Virus record (IMG/VR): IMGVR_UViG_3300032294_001887
Location: 1 to 64,000 of that record
Length of the DNA: 64,000 nt
Source of the DNA: a virus
Direction: 5' to 3' (one strand)
Part shown: piece after piece, positions 1 through 8,625 of the stretch
Layout of the letters: every line of letters begins with the position of its first letter
Position numbering within the stretch: the first letter of the stretch is position 1
The notes under the pieces: generated by a model
The model's input: only the letters and a program-made list of their open reading frames with translations
Database searches by the model: none
Told to the model about the DNA's origin: nothing
Position numbers and translations under genes: made by a program

Positions 1-1
1 A

Positions 2-295
2 CCTGTAACACCAACGGCAACACCTGTAACACCAACGGCAACACCTGTAACACCAACGGCAACACCTGTAACACCAACGGCAACACCTGTAACACCAACG
101 GCAACACCTGTAACACCAACGGCTACTCCTGTGGTACCAACGGCTACTCCTGTGGTACCAACGGCTACTCCTGTGGTACCAACGGCTACTCCTGTAACAC
201 CAACGGCTACTCCTGTAACACCAACGGCTACTCCTGTAACACCAACGGCTACTCCTGTAACACCAACGGCAACACCTATCACTCCAACACCAACA
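2..295 (+). repeat. 21-bp coding tandem repeat, 13 full units plus a degenerate 14th
   Basis: CCTGTAACACCAACGGCAACA with variant blocks (…GCTACT; CCTGTGGTA…) encoding PVTPTAT/PVVPTAT; no spacers. Confidence 0.97.
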
Positions 296-301
296 CCTTA
301 A
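2..301 (+). CDS. 3' end of a truncated CDS with Thr/Pro-rich mucin-like C-terminus (probable virion surface protein)
   Basis: Frame from nt 2 reads (PVTPTAT)n...PITPTPTP then TAA at 299-301; terminator follows; start lies outside window. Confidence 0.8.
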   Translation, partial: PVTPTATPVTPTATPVTPTATPVTPTATPVTPTATPVTPTATPVVPTATPVVPTATPVVPTATPVTPTATPVTPTATPVTPTATPVTPTATPITPTPTP

Positions 302-328
302 TAATATTTAAAAACAATTATATTTTAG

Positions 329-357
329 AAACCCTTCACCTTTGTGGAGGGTTTTTT
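329..357 (+). terminator. Intrinsic terminator
   Basis: AAACCCTTCAC-cttt-GTGGAGGGTTT then T run. Confidence 0.8.
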
Positions 358-383
358 ATTTTTATGTATAAATTATAACATAC

Positions 384-1631
384 ATGAAAATATTCGTTCA
401 GATAGCATCTTACAGAGACCCTCAGTTGGTTCCCACTATTAAAGACATGTTGGCAAATGCCAAAAAACCAAAAAATCTTGTAATAGGTATAGCAAGACAA
501 TTTAGCCCTGAAGACGGATTCGATAATTTAGATGAATTTAGAAATGATAAAAGATTTAGAATATTAGATATTCCATATCAAGACGCTAAAGGAGTGTGTT
601 GGGCAAGACATCAAGTTCAACAATTATATGGTGGAGAAGAGTATACCTTACAAATAGATTCTCACATGAGATTCGTGAAGGATTGGGACGACATTCTAAT
701 TAAAATGATAAAAGGGTTACAAAAAGATGGGTATAAAAAACCATTACTTACAGGATATGTTTCTTCATTTGACCCCGATAATGACCCAGCAGGAAGAGCT
801 CAAGATGCTTGGAGAATGGTATTTGATAGATTTATTCCTGAAGGTGCGGTTTTCTTTTTACCTGAAACAATTCCGGGTTGGAGAGAAATGACGAAACCTA
901 TTACAGCTAGATTTTATTCGGCTCACTTCTGTTTCACTTTAGGTCAATTTTCACATGAAGTTCAACACAACCCTGAATATTATTTCCACGGAGAAGAAAT
1001 TTCAATTGCCGCTCGAGCGTATACTTGGGGTTATGATTTATTTCATCCACACATTCCGGTTGTTTACCATGAATATACTCGTAAGGGTAGAACAAAACAA
1101 TGGGATGACGATAAAACTTGGAGCCAGAAAAATAATTTGTCACATTTAACCAATAGAAAGTTATTTGGAATGGATGGTGAGACACAAGAAGGTCATGACG
1201 GACCTTATGGTTTCGGTTCGGTTAGAACTTTAAGAGATTATGAAAAATATGCCGGAATTCTTTTTGGAAAAAGGTCAGTACAAAAAGAGACTTTAGATAA
1301 AAAGTATCCACCAAATACCTATAATTTTGAAACGGAAGAAGAATGGATTAATAGTTTTTCTCAAATTTTTAAACATTGTATTGATATTAGTTTTAGCCAA
1401 ATACCTGAAATTGATTATGATTTTTGGGCGGTAGCGTTTCATAAAGAAAATGGTGAGACTTTATTTAGAAAAGATGTTAATAAAGATGAGATTACCATGT
1501 TAAAAAATGATAAAGACGGATATTGTAAAATTTGGAGGGAATTTTTAACCACAGAAAAACCATCTTATTGGGTTGTTTGGCCACATTCTGAAAGTAAAGG
1601 TTGGTGTGATAAAATAGAAGGAAAATTATAA
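384..1631 (+). CDS. GT60-like (GlcNAc) glycosyltransferase with C-terminal extension
   Basis: IFVQIASYRDPQL, GVCWAR, LQIDSHMRF (DSH metal motif), FHGEEI, HEY. Confidence 0.8.
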   Translation: MKIFVQIASYRDPQLVPTIKDMLANAKKPKNLVIGIARQFSPEDGFDNLDEFRNDKRFRILDIPYQDAKGVCWARHQVQQLYGGEEYTLQIDSHMRFVKDWDDILIKMIKGLQKDGYKKPLLTGYVSSFDPDNDPAGRAQDAWRMVFDRFIPEGAVFFLPETIPGWREMTKPITARFYSAHFCFTLGQFSHEVQHNPEYYFHGEEISIAARAYTWGYDLFHPHIPVVYHEYTRKGRTKQWDDDKTWSQKNNLSHLTNRKLFGMDGETQEGHDGPYGFGSVRTLRDYEKYAGILFGKRSVQKETLDKKYPPNTYNFETEEEWINSFSQIFKHCIDISFSQIPEIDYDFWAVAFHKENGETLFRKDVNKDEITMLKNDKDGYCKIWREFLTTEKPSYWVVWPHSESKGWCDKIEGKL

Positions 1632-1632
1632 A

Positions 1633-2202
1633 ATGAATTTAGTTGTAGTTATATGTCACTATAATCGAAGTTTAGATTGGGTATCTTCTTTAAGATATCC
1701 TTATGTGATTTATAATAAAAATCCTAAAAATAACGATAAATTTGAAAATAATTTACCAAATGTTGGGTTTGACACTATTGTATATTTAAAATACATAATC
1801 GACAATTATAATAATTTACCTGATTATGTGTGTTTTTCACAGGACTATCCTTTTGACCATTGTCCTTCATTTGTCGATAAAATTAATAATTTTGATTTTC
1901 AATCTGAATTTTACCCTTTAGGTTGTACATATATTCGAGACGGAAGAGAGTTAGACCTCACAATCAATTACGCAAATCAAAACGGCATTTTTTATGAAGA
2001 ACCGATTAAATTTATTAGTTCGGCACAATGTATCGTTTCAAAAAAATTAATATTAAAAAATGAGGTGGATTATTATATTAAGGTAATGAACACCCTTCCA
2101 ACAACTCAAATTATAACACATACAAATTATTGTGTTGAGTACTTATGGCCGACAATATTAAACTTTAATAAAGAATTAAATCTATCGTTACATAATTGTT
2201 AA
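1633..2202 (+). CDS. DUF3431-like protein (putative glycosyltransferase-related)
   Basis: VVICHYN..LDW, LPNVG, YLKYIIDNYNNLPD...F.Q..PFDH. Confidence 0.7.
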   Translation: MNLVVVICHYNRSLDWVSSLRYPYVIYNKNPKNNDKFENNLPNVGFDTIVYLKYIIDNYNNLPDYVCFSQDYPFDHCPSFVDKINNFDFQSEFYPLGCTYIRDGRELDLTINYANQNGIFYEEPIKFISSAQCIVSKKLILKNEVDYYIKVMNTLPTTQIITHTNYCVEYLWPTILNFNKELNLSLHNC

Positions 2203-2218
2203 ATAAAAATTAAAATAT

Positions 2219-3037
2219 ATGAAAAAAGCATTACTTGGACTATCAAATAACATATCCAACAATATCAATAAAATTAAAGTTTGGTCTAAAAGTTTTAGAG
2301 AACATTCTGATGGGGAAGTAATTTTACTTTGTGCGAATTCAAACGAACATGAAATTAATATGTGTCAAGAACTAGGTATTATCACAATACCAGTGTCAAT
2401 CGACGACACTTATCACATTAACCATAAAAGACTTGGAAGTACCTTGGAATTCTTAAAAACAACAGATATTGATTTGTTTTTAATTACGGATGTTTTTGAC
2501 GTTGTATTTCAATCTGACCCATTTATTAAAATGGATTTAAATTATGATATATTTGTAGGTTCCGAAGGGTTAAAACTATCCCAAGAACCATGGAATGTAG
2601 ATGTTATTAATAAAGTGTTTCCTGATTATTTTGGTAAATGTTTAGACCAAGATATTATTTGTTCAGGTGTTATTGGAGGTAAAAGAGAATCTTTAATTAA
2701 ACTATATGATAATTTATATTCGATGTGTGAAAATAGTTCAAATGGCCATAACATAAAAGACCAAGCGGCGTTGATAATATCTATATTTAATAATGAAATT
2801 GAAAATTTAAAAATATTTGAAGTAACGGAAGGATGGACATTACATTGCGCTGTTGCTGGACCAACTCAGTTTTTTGATAGTTGGGGATTTAGAAATAGTT
2901 TAATTAATAGATATGGTGGGATTGCCGAACTGAATGAAGGAAAAATATTTACTCACACCGGATTAAAGTACGATATAGTACATCAATTTAATAGAATTCC
3001 CGAATGGAATGAACTTTTAACTAAAGAATATGAATAA
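2219..3037 (+). CDS. Putative GT-A fold glycosyltransferase
   Basis: FLITDVFDVVFQSDPF, ICSGVIGG, DQAAL, IVHQFNR; inside GT cluster. Confidence 0.65.
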   Translation: MKKALLGLSNNISNNINKIKVWSKSFREHSDGEVILLCANSNEHEINMCQELGIITIPVSIDDTYHINHKRLGSTLEFLKTTDIDLFLITDVFDVVFQSDPFIKMDLNYDIFVGSEGLKLSQEPWNVDVINKVFPDYFGKCLDQDIICSGVIGGKRESLIKLYDNLYSMCENSSNGHNIKDQAALIISIFNNEIENLKIFEVTEGWTLHCAVAGPTQFFDSWGFRNSLINRYGGIAELNEGKIFTHTGLKYDIVHQFNRIPEWNELLTKEYE

Positions 3038-3785
3038 TATACATTGTGTTTGTACAACACCAAATATTTACCCAAGTTATAGTCACAACTGGGAAAATTT
3101 TCCTAAGGATAAAAGAAAATTAACTTGGGTGACCGATATAACAAATGACCCGTCTTTTAATCTTGGTTTTAATTTTACTGAACAAGATATTCGAAAAGAG
3201 TTTAATTTTGATACTGAAGTGAGTAAAAGACACTATTGGAATTGTCAGGGAAATAGAAATATTATTTGGTTTTATGCTCACTTACGGATGTTATATTTTT
3301 ATATTAAAAATCCAAATTATGATTTTTATTGGTTTTTTGATGATGACATTAAAATAAATAATTGGGATGAGTTTTTTATAAAAACTGACAAGGATGATTC
3401 GGATTTTTTATCATATTTTTGTTTTAAAAAAGATGGAGTTACTTCACAAATAAATGTCCCTGTTATTGACGGCAGAACATTCTCTAAAAATCTTTGGTTT
3501 GAAAGATTTCCGGGGGACGGAGATATTCTACCTGAAAATACAAAGGACATGTTTGGTTCATTTTTTCCAACAACAAGATTTTCAAACAAATCTTTATCAA
3601 AGTTATTGGAGATTCATAATGAAGGATTTCATGGGTACTCTGAAGGATTTGTCCCCACTATATTAAACAAATATGGATTTAAATTATCCTCATTAATAAA
3701 CCCGGATAATACTTCAAATTATTTTGACGTAAATGAAGTTGATATCCTACATAAACATATTAAAGTAAATTGGGAATGGATATAA
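3030..3785 (+). CDS. Putative glycosyltransferase
   Basis: YDFYWFFDDD DxD-type motif; overlaps both neighbours in GT cluster. Confidence 0.5.
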   Translation: MNNIHCVCTTPNIYPSYSHNWENFPKDKRKLTWVTDITNDPSFNLGFNFTEQDIRKEFNFDTEVSKRHYWNCQGNRNIIWFYAHLRMLYFYIKNPNYDFYWFFDDDIKINNWDEFFIKTDKDDSDFLSYFCFKKDGVTSQINVPVIDGRTFSKNLWFERFPGDGDILPENTKDMFGSFFPTTRFSNKSLSKLLEIHNEGFHGYSEGFVPTILNKYGFKLSSLINPDNTSNYFDVNEVDILHKHIKVNWEWI

Positions 3786-4573
3786 ATAACCCTGTTATAG
3801 TAATGGCTCTATATGATATTGGTAGAGAAAATTGGAATAATTTTAGAATGTCGTACCATACGTATGGTTGGTGGATGAGAAATACATTATCATTAGATTC
3901 TAATATTGTAATTTACACGGAACCCAAATTTGTTAATGAATTAACAAATTATAGGAAAGAATTTGACCCTAATCTTGAAAAAACCATTTTTGTTGAAAAT
4001 GAATTAAGTGATTTACCAACATATCAAAAATACTACGATTCTTTATCAAATTTAATGTTTTCTGATAATTTTAAATCCAAAGTAAGTTTTCCGGATGTCC
4101 CTGAAATGTGTCAACCTTTATATAACATAATAATGTTTAATAAAGTTTTTTTCCTTAAAGACACCATAGAAAAAAAATATTTTAATAACGATATGGTTAT
4201 TTGGGCAGATGCTGGAGGTTTAAGGGAAGATATAAATTCGTATAAAAACAATAAATGGCCTAATATTTCAAAAATTAAATCTTTAGACCCAAATAAAATA
4301 ACATTTTTTAGTCACAACCAAGACTTTACTATTAACAATAAAGAATTTCATAGTTTATCTCAAATTAGGAATATTCAAGGAACCTCATTTCTGTTACCAT
4401 CACATTTGATTGATAATCTATTAGATTTGGTGATTAACACAATTGATGAATCAATTAATGATGGGTATATTGGTAGCGATGAGAAAATATTTGACATTTG
4501 TTATACTAAAGAAAAAAATTTATTTCACTTAATAAAATCTGACTGGAGAGAATATTTTAATATATTATTGTAA
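3776..4573 (+). CDS. HtrL/YibB (WlaTC)-family glycosyltransferase-like protein
   Basis: VMALYDIGRENW, YNIIMFNKVFFL, WADAG, GSDEKI; ATG 3776 preferred over TTG 3770. Confidence 0.7.
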   Translation: MDINNPVIVMALYDIGRENWNNFRMSYHTYGWWMRNTLSLDSNIVIYTEPKFVNELTNYRKEFDPNLEKTIFVENELSDLPTYQKYYDSLSNLMFSDNFKSKVSFPDVPEMCQPLYNIIMFNKVFFLKDTIEKKYFNNDMVIWADAGGLREDINSYKNNKWPNISKIKSLDPNKITFFSHNQDFTINNKEFHSLSQIRNIQGTSFLLPSHLIDNLLDLVINTIDESINDGYIGSDEKIFDICYTKEKNLFHLIKSDWREYFNILL

Positions 4574-4590
4574 ACTTATATAATACTATG

Positions 4591-4598
4591 TATTTATT
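4591..4598 (+). promoter_or_regulatory. TATTTAT late-type promoter motif
   Basis: TATTTATT before 4611 start; motif recurs before structural genes. Confidence 0.55.
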
Positions 4599-4610
4599 AT
4601 AAAAAGTTTG

Positions 4611-4988
4611 ATGGAATTTTATATTAAACAAAATGCAACATTACCTGTCTTAAAGATGCAAGTCGTAAAAGACGGAAGAGCAGGATATCAACAATTGATG
4701 GAAGATTTAGAAGTTTCCACAATCTTTTTTACAATGATTGATGTTGAAACAGGGATTCCAAAAATAGTTTCAGCCCCTTGTAGTATTGTTCCTCTAATTT
4801 TACCTGAAGGTGCTGCCCCCGAATACTATGTTTACTTTCAGTTCACTTCAAGAGATACAAATACTCCGGGTAGATATGAAGGTCAGTTCCTCATAAGAAA
4901 CGATGAAGGGAATTTAATTTTACCAATTAGAGAAAACTTATACATTAATATCCAACCAAGTTTTATTTCAGAAACAGCTTGTTGTTAA
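4611..4988 (+). CDS. BppU-like Ig-fold virion protein
   Basis: FYIKQNATLPVL ... YFQFTSRDTNTPGRYEGQF pattern; ATG at 4611. Confidence 0.5.
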   Translation: MEFYIKQNATLPVLKMQVVKDGRAGYQQLMEDLEVSTIFFTMIDVETGIPKIVSAPCSIVPLILPEGAAPEYYVYFQFTSRDTNTPGRYEGQFLIRNDEGNLILPIRENLYINIQPSFISETACC

Positions 4989-4989
4989 T

Positions 4990-5017
4990 TTGATTATTTA
5001 AAGTTTTATTTTATATT
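4990..5017 (+). promoter_or_regulatory. Sigma70-like early/middle promoter of DNA polymerase
   Basis: TTGATT-N16-TATATT. Confidence 0.45.
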
Positions 5018-5027
5018 TAGAGAATAA

Positions 5028-5062
5028 GGTAAATTTCACGATGGTGTGAAAGCTAATGAACC
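5028..5062 (+). promoter_or_regulatory. Structured 5' leader of polB (candidate translational operator)
   Basis: TTTCACG-atgg-TGTGAAA hairpin inside outer GGT/ACC pairing; no T tract. Confidence 0.4.
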
Positions 5063-5079
5063 ACTTTAAATTATAAAAT

Positions 5080-7797
5080 ATGATATCAAACGAAGAGATA
5101 GAATCATTCTTGCATGGTAACGACCCTGAAGAATTTATTGTTGCAATTGAATACGATTATCGTGAAAATTGTATCTACAAAATTAAAGAAATCCCCGGAA
5201 AAGGAAAAGAAATCCGTAAAGACACATTTACCCCATTCGCATGGGTGGGAGATTTGCGTGGAATTAAATTCTACAATGACTCCAAAGGTGCTCAGAAAGA
5301 AGCAATGACCAAACATGGTATTGTTATCGAAAAATTAGAAACACATGGTAACGAGAGATTAGAAAAAGGATTAACCTACATCGTTAAATCTCTTAAAGGA
5401 TACCGAGAACTCATTCAGTTTTTTAGAGAGGGTGGTTGTGACCCGTGGGGTGAAAAGACCAAAGATAGGGTTATGATTCTACCTCCGGTGGAACAATACT
5501 TAATTTCCAAAGAGAAAAGACTTTTCAAAGGATTCGAGAATTACGATGAAGTTACCCGACTTGTATTCGACTTAGAGACGACCGCTCTTGAACCAAAGGA
5601 TGGTCGTATATTCATGATTGGAATCAAAACCAATAAAGGATACCACCGAGTTATTGAGTGTATGGATGAGAACGAAGAAAAGAATTCCATAATTGAGTTT
5701 TTCAAGGTAATCAACGAACTTAAACCAAGTATTATCGGGGGTTATAACTCCGCAAACTTCGACTGGCATTGGATATTTGAAAGATGTAATATCTTGGGAA
5801 TTGACCCCAAGAAAATATGTAGGTCATTACACCCCGACCATTCATTTACAAGAAAAGATAGTATGTTGAAATTAGCAAATGAGGTCGAGAATTTTACTCA
5901 AACTTCAATTTGGGGTTACAATGTAATCGATATTATTCATGCGGTTCGTAGGGCTCAAGCAATTAACTCAAGTATCAAGGCTGCGGGTTTGAAGTATATT
6001 ACCAAATACATTAACGCCGAATCACCAAGTCGGGTTTATATTGACCATTTGGATATTGGACCATTCTATGTAAAGAAAGAAGAGTATTGGTTAAACACCC
6101 AAAATGGGAATTACCGAAAAGTAGGACAAGACCTGAAGATTGATGAGATATGTGAAGGTAGAAAAGATGTTTATATCAAAACAACCGGAGATAACCTTGT
6201 GGAGAGATATCTCGATGATGACTTGGATGAAACCTTAAAAGTTGACCAAGAGTTTAATCAAGGTTCATTCCTACTTGCGGCGATGATTCCAACAACCTAT
6301 GAGAGAGTTTCTACTATGGGAACCGCAACTTTGTGGAAAATGCTCTTATTAGCTTGGTCTTACAAACACAACTTAGCAATTCCTGAAAAACAAGGTAAGA
6401 CAGATTTCGTGGGAGGTCTTTCGAGATTACTAAAAGTGGGATATTCCAAAGATGTTCTCAAACTTGACTTCTCGTCTCTATATCCATCAATTCAGTTGGT
6501 TCACGATGTTTTCCCTGATTGTGATGTTACCGGAGCAATGAAAGGAATGTTAACTTACTTCCGTAATACTCGTATTAAGTATAAAAATTTAGCATCAGAA
6601 TATAAAAATATTGATAAAAAGAAATCGGAGTCATATGGTAATAAACAATTACCGATTAAGATATTCATTAACTCGTTATTCGGAGCGTTATCTGCTCCTC
6701 AGGTTTTCCATTGGGGGGATATGTATATGGGAGAACAAATTACCACAACCGGGAGACAATACTTAAGACAAATGTTGTTTTTCTTCAAAAAAAGAGGTTA
6801 TACTCCTCTTGTTTGTGACACTGACGGTATGAACTTTTCTTTACCTGTGGGAGGTGTTGAAGATAGAAGATATATTGGTAAAGGAAATAATTGGTTGGTT
6901 GAGAAAGATAAAGTGTATACTGGTTACGATGCGGATGTTGCCGAATATAATGATATGTTTATGAAAGGTGCTATGGGTCTTGACTGTGATGGGACTTGGG
7001 TTTCGTGTATTAATTTAGCAAGAAAGAATTATGCGACTATGGAACATAATGGAAAAATCAAATTGACGGGTAATAGTATTAAATCTAAAAAACTTCCATT
7101 GTATATTGAGGAGTTTTTAGATAAAGGTATTAAGATGTTACTGGATGGTGATGGTAAAGCATTTGTGGAATATTATTATGAATACTTACAAAAGATTTAT
7201 GATAAACAAATTCCTTTAAGTAAGATTGCTCAAAGAGCTAAGGTGAAGTTAACTATCGAAGATTATAAAAAACGATTAACAGAGAAAACTAAGGCGGGTA
7301 ATAGTATGTCACGCATGGCTCACTTAGAACTGGCAATGCAAAATAATTTGAAAGTAAGTTTAGGTGATGTTATAATGTATGTTAATAATGGTCTTAAAGC
7401 GTCGCATGGTGATGTCCAAAAAAAGGGAGATGGGGTTCAGATAAATTGTTATATGTTGGATAAAGATATTTTGGATAATAATCCTGATTTAACCGGTGAT
7501 TATAATGTTCCTAGAGCGATAGTTACCTTTAATAAAAGAATTGAACCACTTATGGTGGTTTTTAAAGATGAAGTTAGAAATAACTTAATTGTAAATGAAC
7601 CGGAAAAAAGAGGTATATTTACAACTGCTCAATGTGAGTTAATTAACGGATATCCTTTAGGTGATGGAGACCAAGATAGTATTGAGGATTTATTAACATT
7701 ATCCGATGCGGAAATTAAATATTGGGAAAGACGAGGAATGAATTCAAATTATATTTACGACTTTGCTGAGGAAGGATGGGAAGAACATATTAAATAA
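5080..7797 (+). CDS. polB: Family B DNA polymerase with 3'-5' exonuclease
   Basis: ExoI DLETT, ExoII YNSANFD, motif A DFSSLYPS, motif B KIFINSLFG, motif C DTDG. Confidence 0.95.
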   Translation: MISNEEIESFLHGNDPEEFIVAIEYDYRENCIYKIKEIPGKGKEIRKDTFTPFAWVGDLRGIKFYNDSKGAQKEAMTKHGIVIEKLETHGNERLEKGLTYIVKSLKGYRELIQFFREGGCDPWGEKTKDRVMILPPVEQYLISKEKRLFKGFENYDEVTRLVFDLETTALEPKDGRIFMIGIKTNKGYHRVIECMDENEEKNSIIEFFKVINELKPSIIGGYNSANFDWHWIFERCNILGIDPKKICRSLHPDHSFTRKDSMLKLANEVENFTQTSIWGYNVIDIIHAVRRAQAINSSIKAAGLKYITKYINAESPSRVYIDHLDIGPFYVKKEEYWLNTQNGNYRKVGQDLKIDEICEGRKDVYIKTTGDNLVERYLDDDLDETLKVDQEFNQGSFLLAAMIPTTYERVSTMGTATLWKMLLLAWSYKHNLAIPEKQGKTDFVGGLSRLLKVGYSKDVLKLDFSSLYPSIQLVHDVFPDCDVTGAMKGMLTYFRNTRIKYKNLASEYKNIDKKKSESYGNKQLPIKIFINSLFGALSAPQVFHWGDMYMGEQITTTGRQYLRQMLFFFKKRGYTPLVCDTDGMNFSLPVGGVEDRRYIGKGNNWLVEKDKVYTGYDADVAEYNDMFMKGAMGLDCDGTWVSCINLARKNYATMEHNGKIKLTGNSIKSKKLPLYIEEFLDKGIKMLLDGDGKAFVEYYYEYLQKIYDKQIPLSKIAQRAKVKLTIEDYKKRLTEKTKAGNSMSRMAHLELAMQNNLKVSLGDVIMYVNNGLKASHGDVQKKGDGVQINCYMLDKDILDNNPDLTGDYNVPRAIVTFNKRIEPLMVVFKDEVRNNLIVNEPEKRGIFTTAQCELINGYPLGDGDQDSIEDLLTLSDAEIKYWERRGMNSNYIYDFAEEGWEEHIK

Positions 7798-7824
7798 AAA
7801 CCCGACTTTTACTAAAAACTGATA

Positions 7825-7832
7825 TATTTATA
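7825..7832 (+). promoter_or_regulatory. TATTTATA promoter motif of cassette 1
   Basis: Begins 11 nt before ATG 7836. Confidence 0.6.
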
Positions 7833-7835
7833 GAT

Positions 7836-7991
7836 ATGGGAAGACCTAAAAAAGAAGAAACCGATAAAAAAATTAAAATTGGTATAACAATAGACCGAGA
7901 ACTTTATAGTTTAATTAAAAAAGACAACTTAAAACCTTCCCGTATCATTGAAAAATTGGTAAGAGAATATTATGGAAACAAAGATTTGTAG
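7836..7991 (+). CDS. 51-aa ribbon-helix-helix-like DNA-binding protein (not in ORF track)
   Basis: MGRPKKEETDKKIKIGITIDRELYSLIKKDNLKPSRIIEKLVREYYGNKDL; alternating beta strand then two helices; paralog at 39589. Confidence 0.75.
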   Translation: MGRPKKEETDKKIKIGITIDRELYSLIKKDNLKPSRIIEKLVREYYGNKDL

Positions 7992-8625
7992 TAAATGTAG
8001 GGAAGATAAAAATATTTGTAATTTTTATAAAAATAGAAATGAGTGTAAGGAGTGTAAAAAGAAAAAATCTATGTTAGATTATAATTCTAATAAAGAAAAG
8101 TATAGAACATCCCAATTATTATATAGAGAAAGTAATAAGGAAACAATAAATGAGAAAAACCGAATTTATTATTATAATAATCACACCATATTAAGAGAAA
8201 AACAAAAAAAATATAGGGATGAAAATATCGAAAAAGAGAAGGAAAGAAATAAATCATGGAGAATTAATAATAAAAATTTAATTAATAATTATAGAGATAG
8301 TAGGAGAAAAAATGAGCCATTATATAAGATAACAGAAAATATTAGGAGAAGAATCAATAAATTCTTTAAATCGAAAAATATTGAGAAAAATAATAAAACA
8401 TTTGATATTGTAGGGTGTTCTCCCGAATTTCTTAAAGAATATATTGAAAATAAATTTACCGAAGGGATGTCTTGGGTTTTAATGGGTAAACATATTCATA
8501 TAGACCATATTATACCTTTATCTTCTGCTAAGACAAAAGAAGATATTTATAAACTTTGCCACTACACAAATTTACAACCTTTATGGGCTGAGGATAACTT
8601 AAAAAAAAGTTCTAAAATTATCTAA
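7972..8625 (+). CDS. Zn-finger / 15-aa repeat / HNH-type (EndoVII-like) endonuclease
   Basis: CSKC...CKEC; HIDHIIPL...HYTNLQPLWAEDNLKK. Confidence 0.85.
   Translation: METKICSKCREDKNICNFYKNRNECKECKKKKSMLDYNSNKEKYRTSQLLYRESNKETINEKNRIYYYNNHTILREKQKKYRDENIEKEKERNKSWRINNKNLINNYRDSRRKNEPLYKITENIRRRINKFFKSKNIEKNNKTFDIVGCSPEFLKEYIENKFTEGMSWVLMGKHIHIDHIIPLSSAKTKEDIYKLCHYTNLQPLWAEDNLKKSSKII

Larger units (their letters stand above)
7805..8625 (+). mobile_element. RHH + HNH endonuclease cassette, copy 1 (putative free-standing homing element)
   Basis: Same upstream motif, small ORF, overlap frame and nuclease as 39558-40348; starts 8 bp after polB stop. Confidence 0.6.

Noticed and set aside
1-300. 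CRISPR array
   Set aside because: Head-to-tail 21-bp units with no unique spacers; in-frame coding repeat
5028-5065. Fluoride riboswitch (GATGG ... GCTAATGA resemblance)
   Set aside because: Pseudoknot pairing and P1 consensus not found; downstream gene is a polymerase
7805-8625. IS/transposon interpretation of the cassette
   Set aside because: No transposase, terminal inverted repeats or target duplication visible
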